From Candidatus Woesearchaeota archaeon (lineage in GTDB: Archaea; Nanobdellota; Nanobdellia; SCGC-AAA011-G17; GW2011-AR18), in the NCBI GenBank assembly GCA_018302235.1, contig JAGVZW010000034.1, positions 1-55,514 of the forward strand: a DNA stretch of 55,514 nt, in the 5' to 3' direction. The notes under the pieces are model-generated. The model did not search any database. It had not been told where the DNA came from and saw nothing but the letters and a program-made list of their open reading frames with translations. The position numbers were made by a program, and so were the translations under genes. Positions within the stretch are counted from its first letter, which is position 1, and every line of letters begins with the position of its first letter. This document shows positions 54,910-55,514 of the stretch, in pieces.

Positions 54910-55368
54910 TTATTGGTTACAATTTTCACTTACGCCTGCGCAGCTTACTCCGACATTATTTATGCCTTTATTATCTGTTGGTGATCCTTGTGCATTATAC
55001 TGGTCGTTTGTATGTATATTTGGACCGCAATAATATTTTAAAAATTCTCCTTGATTATCACCCCTACTAATTTTTTCTGCTATTCCATCGCCATCAACAT
55101 CAATTTTGAAAGATTGTACACAATAAGCTGATGTTTTCTTTTCATCTACACTTGTGAATAGTTTAGCATCTTGACACCAATTCTCACAAGATATTTTTGC
55201 TTGTGCAAGATCAGTACCTGATGCTCCTCTAAATACATTTTTTATTTTTGTAATTGTTGTACTTGTACCATAAACGAAAAATGCTATTATCACGACTAAA
55301 ACAACTACAACCAAAATACCAATTATAACAGTATTCATAGACAGGCTTTGAGCTTTTTTATTATTCAT
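54910..55368 (-). CDS. pilin-like protein with class III signal peptide and Cys-containing globular domain (152 aa)
   Basis: Start reset to the SD-preceded ATG (aggggtg-6nt-ATG): MNNKKA|QSLSMNTVIIGILVVVVLVV. Confidence 0.55.
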   Translation of the reverse strand: MNNKKAQSLSMNTVIIGILVVVVLVVIIAFFVYGTSTTITKIKNVFRGASGTDLAQAKISCENWCQDAKLFTSVDEKKTSAYCVQSFKIDVDGDGIAEKISRGDNQGEFLKYYCGPNIHTNDQYNAQGSPTDNKGINNVGVSCAGVSENCNQ

Positions 55369-55408
55369 TGATAACACCCCTTTAATTTTTTAATAATGAG
55401 ACAATTTA

Positions 55409-55514
55409 CTATAAATAGTTTGTGGTTTTCCAAAAATCTACTGGTTTACCTGGAACTTCATGACAGTTTATACAACGTGCTTCATATGTTTCAGAACCAC
55501 CTATTTTTATTATT
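55409..55514 (-). CDS. 3-prime end of an ORF continuing beyond the window, contains CINCH (CxxCH)
   Basis: Own translation ...IIKIGGSETYEARCINCHEVPGKPVDFWKTTNYL then stop. Only 35 codons are visible. Confidence 0.3.
   Translation of the reverse strand, partial: IIKIGGSETYEARCINCHEVPGKPVDFWKTTNYL

Overview
The window is strongly AT-rich and reads as an archaeal chromosome segment. Archaeal markers include TFB, Orc1/Cdc6, aIF2-alpha, aIF5A, aEF-1beta, Nop10, Gins51, Pelota, an EndoQ-like PHP protein, a PAC2 chaperone, archaeal-type phosphoglycerate mutase, geranylgeranyl reductase, and ribosomal proteins L11, L40e, L44e, S27e and S8e. Dense packing, many overlapping starts and stops, K/I/N-rich proteins and few metabolic genes suggest a small-genome, DPANN-like archaeon; that is inference. 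All family calls come from motif recognition by eye, with no searches run.

Features added beyond the ORF track:
- tRNA-Arg(CCU)
- L40e
- a Zn-ribbon gene upstream of EF-1beta
- a RelE-linked antitoxin
- a 59-aa pilin-like gene
- the detached glycyl-radical tail of NrdD
- several start-codon corrections

Main points of interest:
1. A roughly 6.4 kb island (14044-20510) with no housekeeping genes lies between orc1/cdc6 and tfb. It holds a complete GGDEF diguanylate cyclase (GGEEF plus RxxD), which is unusual for archaea. It also holds two interleaved, recombining paralog families, one of them Cys-rich membrane-anchored proteins with a CCK(K/R) tail. RelE and AbiE modules (the AbiEii toxin decayed), exact repeats and a variable (TA)n tract complete it.
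2. Seven consecutive overlapping genes (50856-55368) all carry class III (prepilin-type) signal peptides. An A24 prepilin peptidase is encoded elsewhere at 26158-27021.
3. A four-gene operon (29262-33652) encodes anchored or lipobox surface proteins with beta-sandwich-like repeats.
4. A tight envelope redox operon (46260-48690, possibly to 49362) encodes a lipobox Rieske protein, CcdA and a NOX/ferric-reductase-like flavocytochrome.
5. NrdD has its glycyl-radical domain displaced by a frameshift at an A5 run.
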